Below, piece after piece: positions 48,191-57,257 of a stretch of DNA of 61,934 bases. The DNA is from a virus (Duplodnaviria; Caudoviricetes). The stretch covers positions 1 to 61,934 of the IMG/VR virus record IMGVR_UViG_3300037133_000055; one strand, 5' to 3'. Position 1 is the first letter of the stretch. The number at the start of each line of letters is the position of its first letter. The notes below the pieces were generated by a model, which was not told the origin of the DNA, made no database searches, and saw only the letters and a list, made by a program, of their open reading frames with translations. A program made the translations under genes and the position numbers.

Positions 48191-50233
48191 TTGACTCAAA
48201 CAGTTTTTGCTTCGTACATAAATGGTGATGGATACATGCCGGCCGATATGATGCAACGGGATGCAGACTGGGTAGTACCAGGGGTACTGGCTAGCGCAGA
48301 CCTTCTAGTTACTGCACTTGGCGGCATGGCTGTTCAGGTGTCAGGATCTGCACAGGGTTCTGTTGGCGGCAATGCATGGCTACCAGGTGGCGTGAGATTT
48401 TATAATAGCGCACCTGCGACGCTGGCGATTGCAGCTAATAGCTCTGGCAACCCACGAATCGATCTTGTGGTGGCCGGTATAGATACCAGTGTTGGTAGCC
48501 CATATAATCCGACAGTGATAGTTATCACAGGAACACCAGCAGTTTCTCCGACTGTTCCTGCACCCATCAATACACTTACTCCATATATCCCTCTGGCACA
48601 GGTTGCTGTTGCAAATGGAACATCATCCATTGTGGCTGGCAATATCACGGACGTGAGGACCAGGGCAGGAATGTATACGCCTAACGGGATGGTACTCAGT
48701 GCCGTTGATCCTGGAACAGGTGGTGCTAACGTCTATATTGCCAATCCCTATCCTGCATTCACTGCCCTGACTGACATGATACCGATAGCTGTGAAGATAG
48801 CTACCACATCTACAGGCGCCTCAACCTTAAATGTAAGTGGCCTCGGTGCAAAGGCCATCCTTGATAGCTTCGGAAATGCAATCACTGCCGGTGGCCTGGT
48901 TGCTGGAATCATCTATACATTCAGATATAATGCCACTACATCAAGTTTTATTGTACAGGGTAAAGGAGGCGGTGGCACTGCGGTAGCCAGTCAAGTGCTG
49001 ACTGGAAGTACATTCTCTAATAACTCAGGTGCAAACATACCTGGCACTATGCCCAACAATGGAGCTACTAGCTTCCCGCCACAGGCGTATGCGCAACTTA
49101 TCCCAATCGGATACTACAATGGACTGGGCCAAGTGCCTAGCGTTACTGGATCAGCAACTACTGCAAATGTACTTACTGGATATTCTTTTTGTAGCGGTAC
49201 CGGGGTGGGTCAGTCAGGTACTATGGTTAACCAGGCAGCAAAAAGTTACACGCCTTCAACGTCAGTACAAACAATCACTGCTGGTTATTACAACGGTAGT
49301 GGTACGATTGCAGCAGCTACACTTGCAACAGGTACGGCAGCCGCTGCTCAGGTTTTAACTGGCTATACATTCTCCAATGCTTCTAGTTCTGGCATATCTG
49401 GCACCATGCCAAACAACGAGCAGGTAACAGCTACATCCATTGGATTAAACGCACCAGGAACACTTTATTCAAAACCGCCAATGGGATACTACAGTGGAGA
49501 CAGCAACTGCTGGTTAGAGACATATGATGCAAACTTTACGGCAGCCAATATTTCTTCCACCTCAGAGGTCTTTGGTATATCTGGTTCTTACTACTCGCCA
49601 CATGGAACACAGACATTCACTGGTAATGGAACTTTCACAGTCCCTGCTGGAGTCAATCAGGTTATTGCTTATGTTGTTGGTGGTGGTGGTGGAGGTGGCT
49701 GGGGTACTACATACGGTGCTTTCGGCGGTAATGCAGGTACTGAGGCTCTTGTAATTATTCCAGTGTCTCCTGGACACGTTCATACTGTAACAACCGGTAC
49801 TGGTGGAGCTAGCGCTACCACAAAAGCGCATAACGGAACTGCAGGTACAGCATCATCAATAACTGGAAATGGTGTAACAGTATCTTGTCCCGGTGGAGCT
49901 GGTGGTTCCGATGCTGTACTAAGTGGTTATCCTCCTGCGGCTAGTGGTGCTACTGTTAGTGGGGCGACTGTAATACTTACTTCTACGTCGTACTCTAATG
50001 GTTGCGGCTATAACTCTAATGGTTGCGGCCAATTAGCTACAATTCTTTCAACAGTTGTAGGTGGTGTAAGTGGCGGTAGCTGTTTAGCAGGCGTTGGTGG
50101 TGGTGGTGTGACTTCTAGTGGTGCAGTAGGTCTTGGTGGCGGCTATGGTTGGGGTAACGGTGGCGGTGCTAATGCAGCTGAAGGCCCTTTTTCCGGTAGT
50201 GTTGGTAATGGAGAAGTAATATTTATTTGGTAG
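48191..50233 (+). CDS. Tail fibre protein with a Gly-rich C-terminus
   Basis: NPRIDLVV..PLAQV..ITDVR N-terminus; repeated VLTG.TF..GTMPNN; FTVPAGV..VGGGGGG; TTG start. Confidence 0.8.
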   Translation: MTQTVFASYINGDGYMPADMMQRDADWVVPGVLASADLLVTALGGMAVQVSGSAQGSVGGNAWLPGGVRFYNSAPATLAIAANSSGNPRIDLVVAGIDTSVGSPYNPTVIVITGTPAVSPTVPAPINTLTPYIPLAQVAVANGTSSIVAGNITDVRTRAGMYTPNGMVLSAVDPGTGGANVYIANPYPAFTALTDMIPIAVKIATTSTGASTLNVSGLGAKAILDSFGNAITAGGLVAGIIYTFRYNATTSSFIVQGKGGGGTAVASQVLTGSTFSNNSGANIPGTMPNNGATSFPPQAYAQLIPIGYYNGLGQVPSVTGSATTANVLTGYSFCSGTGVGQSGTMVNQAAKSYTPSTSVQTITAGYYNGSGTIAAATLATGTAAAAQVLTGYTFSNASSSGISGTMPNNEQVTATSIGLNAPGTLYSKPPMGYYSGDSNCWLETYDANFTAANISSTSEVFGISGSYYSPHGTQTFTGNGTFTVPAGVNQVIAYVVGGGGGGGWGTTYGAFGGNAGTEALVIIPVSPGHVHTVTTGTGGASATTKAHNGTAGTASSITGNGVTVSCPGGAGGSDAVLSGYPPAASGATVSGATVILTSTSYSNGCGYNSNGCGQLATILSTVVGGVSGGSCLAGVGGGGVTSSGAVGLGGGYGWGNGGGANAAEGPFSGSVGNGEVIFIW

Positions 50234-50296
50234 CGCCGTAAAACCCCGACCTTTAGGCCTGGGAATCCCCTGGCTTCAGTCATGGGGAGAAGTCAA
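50234..50296 (+). mobile_element. 63-bp remnant of IS200/IS605-family ends with no ORFs
   Basis: Left-end-like CGCCGTAAAACCCCGACCTTTAGG fused to right-end-like GAATCCCC..GCTTCAG..TGGGGAG..GTCAA. Confidence 0.65.
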
Positions 50297-50323
50297 TTGG
50301 TAGTCACTAAAGGAGCGATGTTA

Positions 50324-51166
50324 ATGCTTTCTTATTGGTTTCAATACGACACCATTACAGGAATACTATACGGTGACTTTTTACAAGAGGAAGCCCCTTC
50401 TTCAAGCATGGGTCTGATAGGGCCATACCCCCAAGACACAGCACCTGCAGATGTGATATGGGCAACAGTTTTCCCAGGTAGATATCTTGTACAGAGCGGT
50501 ATTCTTGTAGAGCAACCCTACTTTAACCTGGTAGTAACTGCAGGGACAAACATATCCACTGTTACTGCCACGCTGTGTAACTCACCAGCGACTCCTCCGA
50601 CAAGTGTAACATTTACAGTAGCCGGTTCGAGTCTCGTAGAGCAGATCGTCAACGGAGTGGCTAAGCTTACAATAGGTATTCATCCAGCAATAGCACAGCA
50701 GCTAATAGATATAAACATCTCGGCTATTGGCTGTATGAATAACCTGGCTCAAGTTGGAGGTTTTGCTCAGGAGATTGGATTGCAGCTAGTAACATTGAGT
50801 GGCGTACCTACTGTGTGCCCAACAGGTCCAGGTAGTGAGGCTTTCTTAGATAGCTTTTATTATAGCGACATGGAGCAACAGATAGGCCTTGAGGCTGTAG
50901 CTATGGAAACCACACTTAACATGAACCTCTTGCTTGGCAAGATTATCCCAGCTCTGATGCAGCCCACCTATACTCCGATTACTCTTACTCCTACTGAGAC
51001 AGCTGCCTTTGCAGCCATACAGTCTCAGGTGCTACCGTATCTACCATATACCTTAGCAACTATACCTCAGTCGCTTATCACTGTAATGCAGGGTGTCAAT
51101 GTGCAGGGATCAGAATCAATTATGCAGTTTGAGAAAGACTTAGCAACTATACCGAATCTAGAATAA
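50324..51166 (+). CDS. Hypothetical tail-associated protein (possible fibre chaperone)
   Basis: SD AAGGAG favours ATG at 50324; follows the fibre gene. Confidence 0.7.
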   Translation: MLSYWFQYDTITGILYGDFLQEEAPSSSMGLIGPYPQDTAPADVIWATVFPGRYLVQSGILVEQPYFNLVVTAGTNISTVTATLCNSPATPPTSVTFTVAGSSLVEQIVNGVAKLTIGIHPAIAQQLIDINISAIGCMNNLAQVGGFAQEIGLQLVTLSGVPTVCPTGPGSEAFLDSFYYSDMEQQIGLEAVAMETTLNMNLLLGKIIPALMQPTYTPITLTPTETAAFAAIQSQVLPYLPYTLATIPQSLITVMQGVNVQGSESIMQFEKDLATIPNLE

Positions 51167-51227
51167 TAGATATGCTTGGATGCCAGCATATTAATCACCA
51201 CGGCGCATTGATAGGTGGTGCAACAAC

Positions 51228-52319
51228 ATAGCTAACGGTTTCTTTTTTCCATTGACTTTCGAACTTACATTTAATCCTGCATCAGGCGCCGGTGTTGCTA
51301 TTTCAGGCGGTGCTGCAACGGCTTATGTCATAGTATCTGAGATGATCTCAGGGGTAACTACTTCATTTGGGACAGTTACTGCCAATATACTGATTCCTGT
51401 AGTAGCTGTCGGAACATCTATATCTAATGGTAGTGTCGTTGAAGAGATTATAGTTACAGATATGGCTACTGCACAATCTGTATCATATGGCATAGCAATA
51501 GCAAATGTAGTTGTGGTATCTAGCATATCTAGTGCGACTGTAACGAATGGCGTAGCTATAGCAAATGTGCTTGTTGAAGATAACATAGCCGCAACTTCTA
51601 TATCAGATGCTCGAGCTACTGCCAATATCATAGTAGCATCACTTACTCTTGCAGAGTCCATAACAGGTGGCACTGCAACGGCCAATATAGATCTGGCATC
51701 CTCTGCTCTCGGATCTTCGGTGTCTGGTGGCAGTGCAATGGCATATATAAATATTATCGCCAATACTACAGGATCTTCTGTGACATTGGGTACTGCCTCT
51801 GCCAGTATTATTGTTGTGGCAGAATCAATAGCAATGTCGATCTCGTACAGTTCTGTTACAGATCGCATTGTTGAGCAAGACCAGGCCAGAGCTGTATCTA
51901 TTTCGGAGGGTACTTCCACACCTAACGTAATTGTTATTGTTCGTACCATGTCGCTTGCACGTGCCATGGCAAGGATTGTAATAGAGCCACCAATTACATC
52001 CATGTCGATCTCTGGCGGTAATGCTACTGCTAAGATATTGTCAACAAGATTAGTATCTGCCATCTCAATAACCAGGGCGTCAGCTACAGCTAACACTGCT
52101 TCTCCGTCTACGAAGACTGGCGTTGGTGCAGCGTCTTCAATTACCAGGGCAAAATCTACAGCAAAGATTATTGCCCCAAATAATGTTACTACGTCATTGT
52201 CGACTGGGGCACTTACTATTATAGGACCCAGTGGATGTCAGCTCGTATTCACGAATGATCCGATCAATGGTCGAGTTATTGTAGCCAACTGCGATAAGTT
52301 TGTGGCCCCTGGCCAGTAA
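51228..52319 (+). CDS. Ser/Ala/Ile/Thr-rich beta-repeat structural protein; probable ATA start
   Basis: SD AGGTGG then in-frame ATA; ~21-aa quasi-repeats (S.S.G.ATANI.V). Confidence 0.7.
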   Translation: MANGFFFPLTFELTFNPASGAGVAISGGAATAYVIVSEMISGVTTSFGTVTANILIPVVAVGTSISNGSVVEEIIVTDMATAQSVSYGIAIANVVVVSSISSATVTNGVAIANVLVEDNIAATSISDARATANIIVASLTLAESITGGTATANIDLASSALGSSVSGGSAMAYINIIANTTGSSVTLGTASASIIVVAESIAMSISYSSVTDRIVEQDQARAVSISEGTSTPNVIVIVRTMSLARAMARIVIEPPITSMSISGGNATAKILSTRLVSAISITRASATANTASPSTKTGVGAASSITRAKSTAKIIAPNNVTTSLSTGALTIIGPSGCQLVFTNDPINGRVIVANCDKFVAPGQ

Positions 52320-52331
52320 AGGAGAGTAACA

Positions 52332-52700
52332 ATGGCCGATTTATTATTGACCAGTCTAGGTGATATTACCATAACTGATGGAGATTTTGCCATATGTTCA
52401 ACAGATGCTATCGAGGACAGTCAGGTGATTATGGCCAGGATTGAAACCAATTCACCTGACTGGTACTGTCACCCAGAGTTAGGCGCTAATTTTGAAGACT
52501 TACGTGGTCAACCATCTTCTCAATCGGTAGGTAACAAAGGTGTTGATAGTATTATAAACACATTGACTGTGGATGGATATTTTTCTACCAATGATCTAAC
52601 AGTCACTGCAATACCAGAAGCTGGTGCGATTAACTTCTTCGTGGTGGCAGATGACAACACGAACGGACCAGTAGTCTTAAACTATAAACTTTCTTCGTAA
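52332..52700 (+). CDS. Baseplate wedge/sheath initiator (gp25-like)
   Basis: DLLL..GDI..DGD..RI.T..DW..HPELGANF..L.G; precedes the J-like gene. Confidence 0.65.
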   Translation: MADLLLTSLGDITITDGDFAICSTDAIEDSQVIMARIETNSPDWYCHPELGANFEDLRGQPSSQSVGNKGVDSIINTLTVDGYFSTNDLTVTAIPEAGAINFFVVADDNTNGPVVLNYKLSS

Positions 52701-52710
52701 GGAGAATATA

Positions 52711-53508
52711 ATGATTACTTCTTATATGGGCTATAACGATCTGATGACGGATGCTCTGACAAGTTTACAGAACACCGGACTTCCTATCTATGCAGGCAGC
52801 ATTGCCAGTTCTCTTATTGAAGTGCAAAATCAATTCCTGGCCACCTACTATAATACCCTCGATTTCAATCTAACGATGGCGTATGTATCAACCGCTTCTG
52901 GTTCGTTTCTGGATCTGATCGGAACTCTTGTAAATTGCAAGAGGCAATCTCTTGAGTCAGATACCGACTTCCAGTATCGTATCGTTCACCAGACAGATAC
53001 GCTGGCTGCGGCCAATCTTACCTCATTAAGAATTCAGATACTCAGTGTGTCTGGAGTTCGCGATGTTATCATGCAGCGGTTCACTGCCGGTTCAGGTAGC
53101 TTTAGTATAGTGGTAATACCAGTTGTTGCAGGCGCAGTAAGCACAGACTTACTTGCCTCAGTGCAAGCTGTCATAGACGCACAGGAGGGATATGGTATCA
53201 ATGGACAGGCTCTATATGCAACCATGGTACCAGTTGATATCTCTATTCAACTAACTCTGAATGGTAACTCCAATGCAACGTCAGTAGCAGGTCTCGTGCA
53301 GCAGGCTGTATGGAACTACATAGCGAACTTGGATGCAGGTGATACTCTTGTCTATAACACTATCATTCAGACAATCATGAATGCGAGTACCAGCATCAGC
53401 AACTGTAGTATAAATTCTTTTGATGTAGGAGAATTGCCTGTACCCCTACAGGACCAACAGTCTGCGTGGTATGAAGTATTTTATCCAGAAAGTATTTCTG
53501 TATCGTAG
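52711..53508 (+). CDS. Baseplate J-like wedge protein
   Basis: GSIASSL, TASGSFLDLIG..R..ESD.DF..RI, SVSGVRDV, YIANLDAGDTL. Confidence 0.8.
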   Translation: MITSYMGYNDLMTDALTSLQNTGLPIYAGSIASSLIEVQNQFLATYYNTLDFNLTMAYVSTASGSFLDLIGTLVNCKRQSLESDTDFQYRIVHQTDTLAAANLTSLRIQILSVSGVRDVIMQRFTAGSGSFSIVVIPVVAGAVSTDLLASVQAVIDAQEGYGINGQALYATMVPVDISIQLTLNGNSNATSVAGLVQQAVWNYIANLDAGDTLVYNTIIQTIMNASTSISNCSINSFDVGELPVPLQDQQSAWYEVFYPESISVS

Positions 53509-53548
53509 TGTAAAAAGTGTACTTTTTGACTGTCCTTTAATAGTAGAG
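53507..53548 (+). promoter_or_regulatory. Candidate phage late promoter, copy 2
   Basis: 38/42 identical to 4815-4856. Confidence 0.7.
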
Positions 53549-53572
53549 AGATAAATATCGAAGGAGATTTCT

Positions 53573-54370
53573 ATGGCATTAGGAGTAGATAGTGCTTCCT
53601 CACTTGCAAGTATAAATTGGCAGAGCTTCTATAACTGGGATGGATCTTACCCTACATATGCAGGTCGTTATTTTGGCGGCAGTTTTAGCTGGGTGCCAGG
53701 GGAGTTCATAGCTGCAATGAAAGAAACTGGTGGCATACTAAATAAGATTGTGCCTATCCAGTCTTGTATAACTGGCAACGAACAGGCTACAGGTGCTGTA
53801 GGCTACAACCTCGGAAAGACCGATGCTATTAATACATGTCTAAGTATTGTGTCTGCTATCAATTCTGGCCAGTTGGTTATTCCTCCTTCAGGTAGTGTCT
53901 ATGTATACCTGGACGTAGAGATGGGTGTAAATCTTTCTGTAGACTATTGGGCTGCCTGGTCTAGTAATATCTTCAACTATGTAATGAATGGCAACTGTCC
54001 ATTCTGGCCATGCATCTATACATGGTATGGAGCACAGCCAAACGGAAAGTTCTCTCCAGGTGAATCTGTTCAGAATGTTCTGAACTCTGTATATACGACT
54101 TACCCAGATCACGAGAGTCTGTGTTACGGCTTGTGGTCTAATGAACCGGAACCAAATGCATATATCGCAGCCAAGGCAAGTCCATCATGGTCAGTGTTCA
54201 ATCCCGTTTTCCAAAAGACACCCGGGGCAAGTAAGCCAGTCCCTCTCCTGTTGTATCAGTTTGCTGAGAAGGGAACCAATACTGCATTCGCTGGAGGCCA
54301 GAACCTGGACCTAGATAGTGATAACAGCGGTATCACGGTAGCTCAAAACTATATGCTCACGATAGCCTAA
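53573..54370 (+). CDS. GH25-related (DUF1906/Rv2525c-like) glycoside hydrolase
   Basis: GVDSAS, GRYFG, VYLDVE, PCIY, LYQFA, DLD TIM-barrel motifs. Confidence 0.65.
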   Translation: MALGVDSASSLASINWQSFYNWDGSYPTYAGRYFGGSFSWVPGEFIAAMKETGGILNKIVPIQSCITGNEQATGAVGYNLGKTDAINTCLSIVSAINSGQLVIPPSGSVYVYLDVEMGVNLSVDYWAAWSSNIFNYVMNGNCPFWPCIYTWYGAQPNGKFSPGESVQNVLNSVYTTYPDHESLCYGLWSNEPEPNAYIAAKASPSWSVFNPVFQKTPGASKPVPLLLYQFAEKGTNTAFAGGQNLDLDSDNSGITVAQNYMLTIA

Positions 54371-54385
54371 TGGAGGTCAAAATAG

Positions 54386-55129
54386 ATGGATGGAATTATC
54401 GTTCAGTTAGGAGAGCAAGACATCCTCAACTGTTATTTTCGCGGGGCTGCACTGCCCACTGGGTTTCAATTACTACTCTGTGACTATGAGGTCGGACCTG
54501 GTGACACCTTGGCCACACTGGTTGGTGAGCCGGTCGGCAATGGATATGTAAGACAGATGTTGACACCAGACACTGTAGGATGGCCCACTGTGGCCCTTTC
54601 TGGCGGTAGCTACATGGCAACATCAGCACCGGTAACTTTCAATGCGACTGGTGGAACATGGGGTCCTGTAATTACCTGCTGCCTTGCAACGCTAGGCCTG
54701 GTCGTTCCTAACGGATTGACACTCACAGTCGAAGGACTGACAGGCGCTTCTACCTACGAATACGTAGTCACAGCTCTTTCAGAATATGGAGAGACTCTGG
54801 GATCTACACCTGTGCAAGTAGTAAATGCCAATGCCAATCTCAGTAGCTATGACTCTATTGAGCTTGACTGGAACAACGTAGCTAGTGCTGTTGCCTACAA
54901 CGTTTATCGTACTGCCAGCAATGGATCTGGAACGTCCTCCAGTACCGGTCAGATTGCAACTGTAACTTCCAGTACCTACACTGATACCGGCGTTACAGCT
55001 AGCAGCATATCACCTCCGCTCGTGGATACTTCTGGCAAGCTGATCGATGCCTACGCACTTGACGATCCTACTACACTAAATGATGGCGAGAGTATGAATG
55101 TTACTGTGAACTTTTCGATTGGTAGTTAA
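54386..55129 (+). CDS. Structural protein, paralogue of the 47338 domain with an FN3-like insert
   Basis: EPVGNGY.R..TF.ATGGTWG; YEYVVTA..GET..LDWN.V..A..YNVYR. Confidence 0.7.
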   Translation: MDGIIVQLGEQDILNCYFRGAALPTGFQLLLCDYEVGPGDTLATLVGEPVGNGYVRQMLTPDTVGWPTVALSGGSYMATSAPVTFNATGGTWGPVITCCLATLGLVVPNGLTLTVEGLTGASTYEYVVTALSEYGETLGSTPVQVVNANANLSSYDSIELDWNNVASAVAYNVYRTASNGSGTSSSTGQIATVTSSTYTDTGVTASSISPPLVDTSGKLIDAYALDDPTTLNDGESMNVTVNFSIGS

Positions 55130-55141
55130 GGAGGAATATCT

Positions 55142-56809
55142 TTGTCTAATATTGCTACTAGAATAAATGATTTTATAGATAACAACACTCCGAGGAGTGC
55201 TAATGGCCGGGCACTGACTCATCGTACAAGTCACCCCGGCCTTGACGATCTCAGAATGACTGCTCCGCACCTAATGGGAACTACCGCCATCCCCAATCAG
55301 AGTTACAATGCTGCTGTTCTTTTAGCAGCAGATCCTGATGCATCTATTGCTGATCAAGGTCAGCTTGGTATCTGCAGTGCTAAGAGTTGTTGTAATGGAC
55401 CACTTGTAAAGATAGCTATTGACGAAGGTAAGTATAAAGAACCCTTCTCTGCATTCTTTACCTACTCGCTAGAGAATTACTATGGTGGAGATCCCGGCAG
55501 TGCTGGTGCAGACTATCAGACTCTCGGCAACGTTTGTAAGACATATGGTTCAGTAACAAACTCCATCATGCCAGACAGTGGACAGACGACCGATATTAAT
55601 CTGCCCCTTCCTTCTCTAGCCTTAATGACTGAGGCTACCAAGTTTAAGACGCCAAGTTATTCATGGCTGGTTCAAGTGACTGATGATACTAGGTCGCAGG
55701 CCAGTGTCGATGCTATCTGCGCTGCGCTTGCCCAGGGCTATATTGTTCTATTCGGCATTATCGTTTGTGAAAACTTCATGGATGTAACTGGCCCTAACTG
55801 TGTTATCCCGATTCCTTCTGGCGATGTTTTAGGACTGCACTCAATTCGCATCATCGACTACAATTACACAACTCGTCAGTTCCTGATGTACAATACCTGG
55901 GGTGCTTCCTGGGGCGATAATGGTGCTGCCTGGATGAGCTTCGACTGGGTAACAGAAGGAACTACCCTTAGCAATGCATCCATAAGACACGGAGAGAAAC
56001 TTGCAGCTGCTTTGGGCGATACAGATACCTGGTGGTATGTCAATGATGCCTTCATCCTAATGGGATCGAATTCTCCTATCCCATCCCCTATTCCTGTTCC
56101 GGCTACACCAGTTGTCAAAAGTATTGTTGTAACACCAGAACTTGATACAATAGAAGTTGGAGCCACGGCACAGCTAAAGGCAATAGCGACGATGAGCGAT
56201 AATTCCTTAGAAGATGTAACTGATATAGTTAACTGGCAATCATGTGATCTAGACGTAGCCAATGTATGTGAAGGACTCGTTACCGGTATATCCCCAGGGG
56301 TGTCTAAGGTAGACGCCGAAGATGGTATGATATCTTCTGGTGCTACTATCACAGTGACTGCTGCCCCAACTCCAGCACCTAAGCCTGTTGGCGTAACCTA
56401 TGTGATCAATATGCAAGTAGGAGCTCCTACGTTTACAGCAACAGTTGGTAACATCACCAAAGGTTATACATTCTCAGCTCCTACAATTGACAGCGCCGGA
56501 AGGGCAACTGCAGAGATCAGCCCGCTCTTCACTGCGCTTGGTGCTATTGTAAATTACAATGCTGCCACGAAGCATATTGCTATCATCGAGCAAACTTCTG
56601 CAGGTGTAGAGTTTGAGATTGACATGGCAGTTGGTAGCCCTAACTTCAGCACACTGATTAATAAAACAACTGCTGATTGTGAATTTTGTATAGTCCCTTT
56701 CATTGATAGTGCTGGTCGTACAGTTGCAGAGATCAGCCCAATCTTCCAAGCAATCGGAGCAACTGTAACCTATAATGCAACTACAAAACAGATAGTTATC
56801 TGTAACTAG
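55142..56809 (+). CDS. Papain-like (C1A) cysteine peptidase + Big_2 Ig + two Cu-amine-oxidase-N-like domains
   Basis: DQGQLGIC, GLHSI..Y, NTWG.SWGDNG; SIVVTP..VGATAQLKA; P.IDSAGR.AEISP.F.A.GA.V.YNA twice. Confidence 0.8.
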   Translation: MSNIATRINDFIDNNTPRSANGRALTHRTSHPGLDDLRMTAPHLMGTTAIPNQSYNAAVLLAADPDASIADQGQLGICSAKSCCNGPLVKIAIDEGKYKEPFSAFFTYSLENYYGGDPGSAGADYQTLGNVCKTYGSVTNSIMPDSGQTTDINLPLPSLALMTEATKFKTPSYSWLVQVTDDTRSQASVDAICAALAQGYIVLFGIIVCENFMDVTGPNCVIPIPSGDVLGLHSIRIIDYNYTTRQFLMYNTWGASWGDNGAAWMSFDWVTEGTTLSNASIRHGEKLAAALGDTDTWWYVNDAFILMGSNSPIPSPIPVPATPVVKSIVVTPELDTIEVGATAQLKAIATMSDNSLEDVTDIVNWQSCDLDVANVCEGLVTGISPGVSKVDAEDGMISSGATITVTAAPTPAPKPVGVTYVINMQVGAPTFTATVGNITKGYTFSAPTIDSAGRATAEISPLFTALGAIVNYNAATKHIAIIEQTSAGVEFEIDMAVGSPNFSTLINKTTADCEFCIVPFIDSAGRTVAEISPIFQAIGATVTYNATTKQIVICN

Positions 56810-56822
56810 AAGGTGGACAATA

Positions 56823-57245
56823 ATGACACAGCCAGCTTTCCCTGAAAGTCCTAACGTTTCATGGCCTCCTGCACCACCTAACAAAAATAATATTACATCT
56901 GTGACAAATGACCCTATGAATTATCTGAAGGTCATGAGCACTACCGTGCTTGGCGCCAACGTCACCTTCACGTGGCCTTCGGTCAATAGGTTTGCTACCG
57001 CTCCTCGCGGAGATGTTGTAAACCTACCAATAGAAGCGTGGGCAGTAGTCAAGTCCGATCAGGCAGGTACACTATACCTTCAAGAATCTGAAGACCAAAT
57101 TACATGGACCAATACCATGACTCAGGCAGTGACCGCTAACAAGACTTTTAGTCCTGCACCAGATACATTCACCAAGCAATATTACCAGTGGCAGTATGTT
57201 AATGGTCCAGTTGCACAGACGACATTCACACTCTTAGTTGGATAG
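56823..57245 (+). CDS. Hypothetical beta-rich virion protein
   Basis: SD; SDQAGTLYLQES.D..TW..YVNG..AQT.F.L. Confidence 0.7.
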   Translation: MTQPAFPESPNVSWPPAPPNKNNITSVTNDPMNYLKVMSTTVLGANVTFTWPSVNRFATAPRGDVVNLPIEAWAVVKSDQAGTLYLQESEDQITWTNTMTQAVTANKTFSPAPDTFTKQYYQWQYVNGPVAQTTFTLLVG

Positions 57246-57257
57246 ACGAGGGATACT

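Noticed and set aside
49992-50029. 17-bp tandem duplication ACTCTAATGGTTGCGGC
   Set aside because: Real, but a simple in-frame duplication in a Gly-rich fibre tip with no further signal.
51323-52096. 257-aa antisense ORF and similar minus-strand ORFs in the virion operon
   Set aside because: Shadow frames of repetitive or biased + strand genes with no SD or promoter support.
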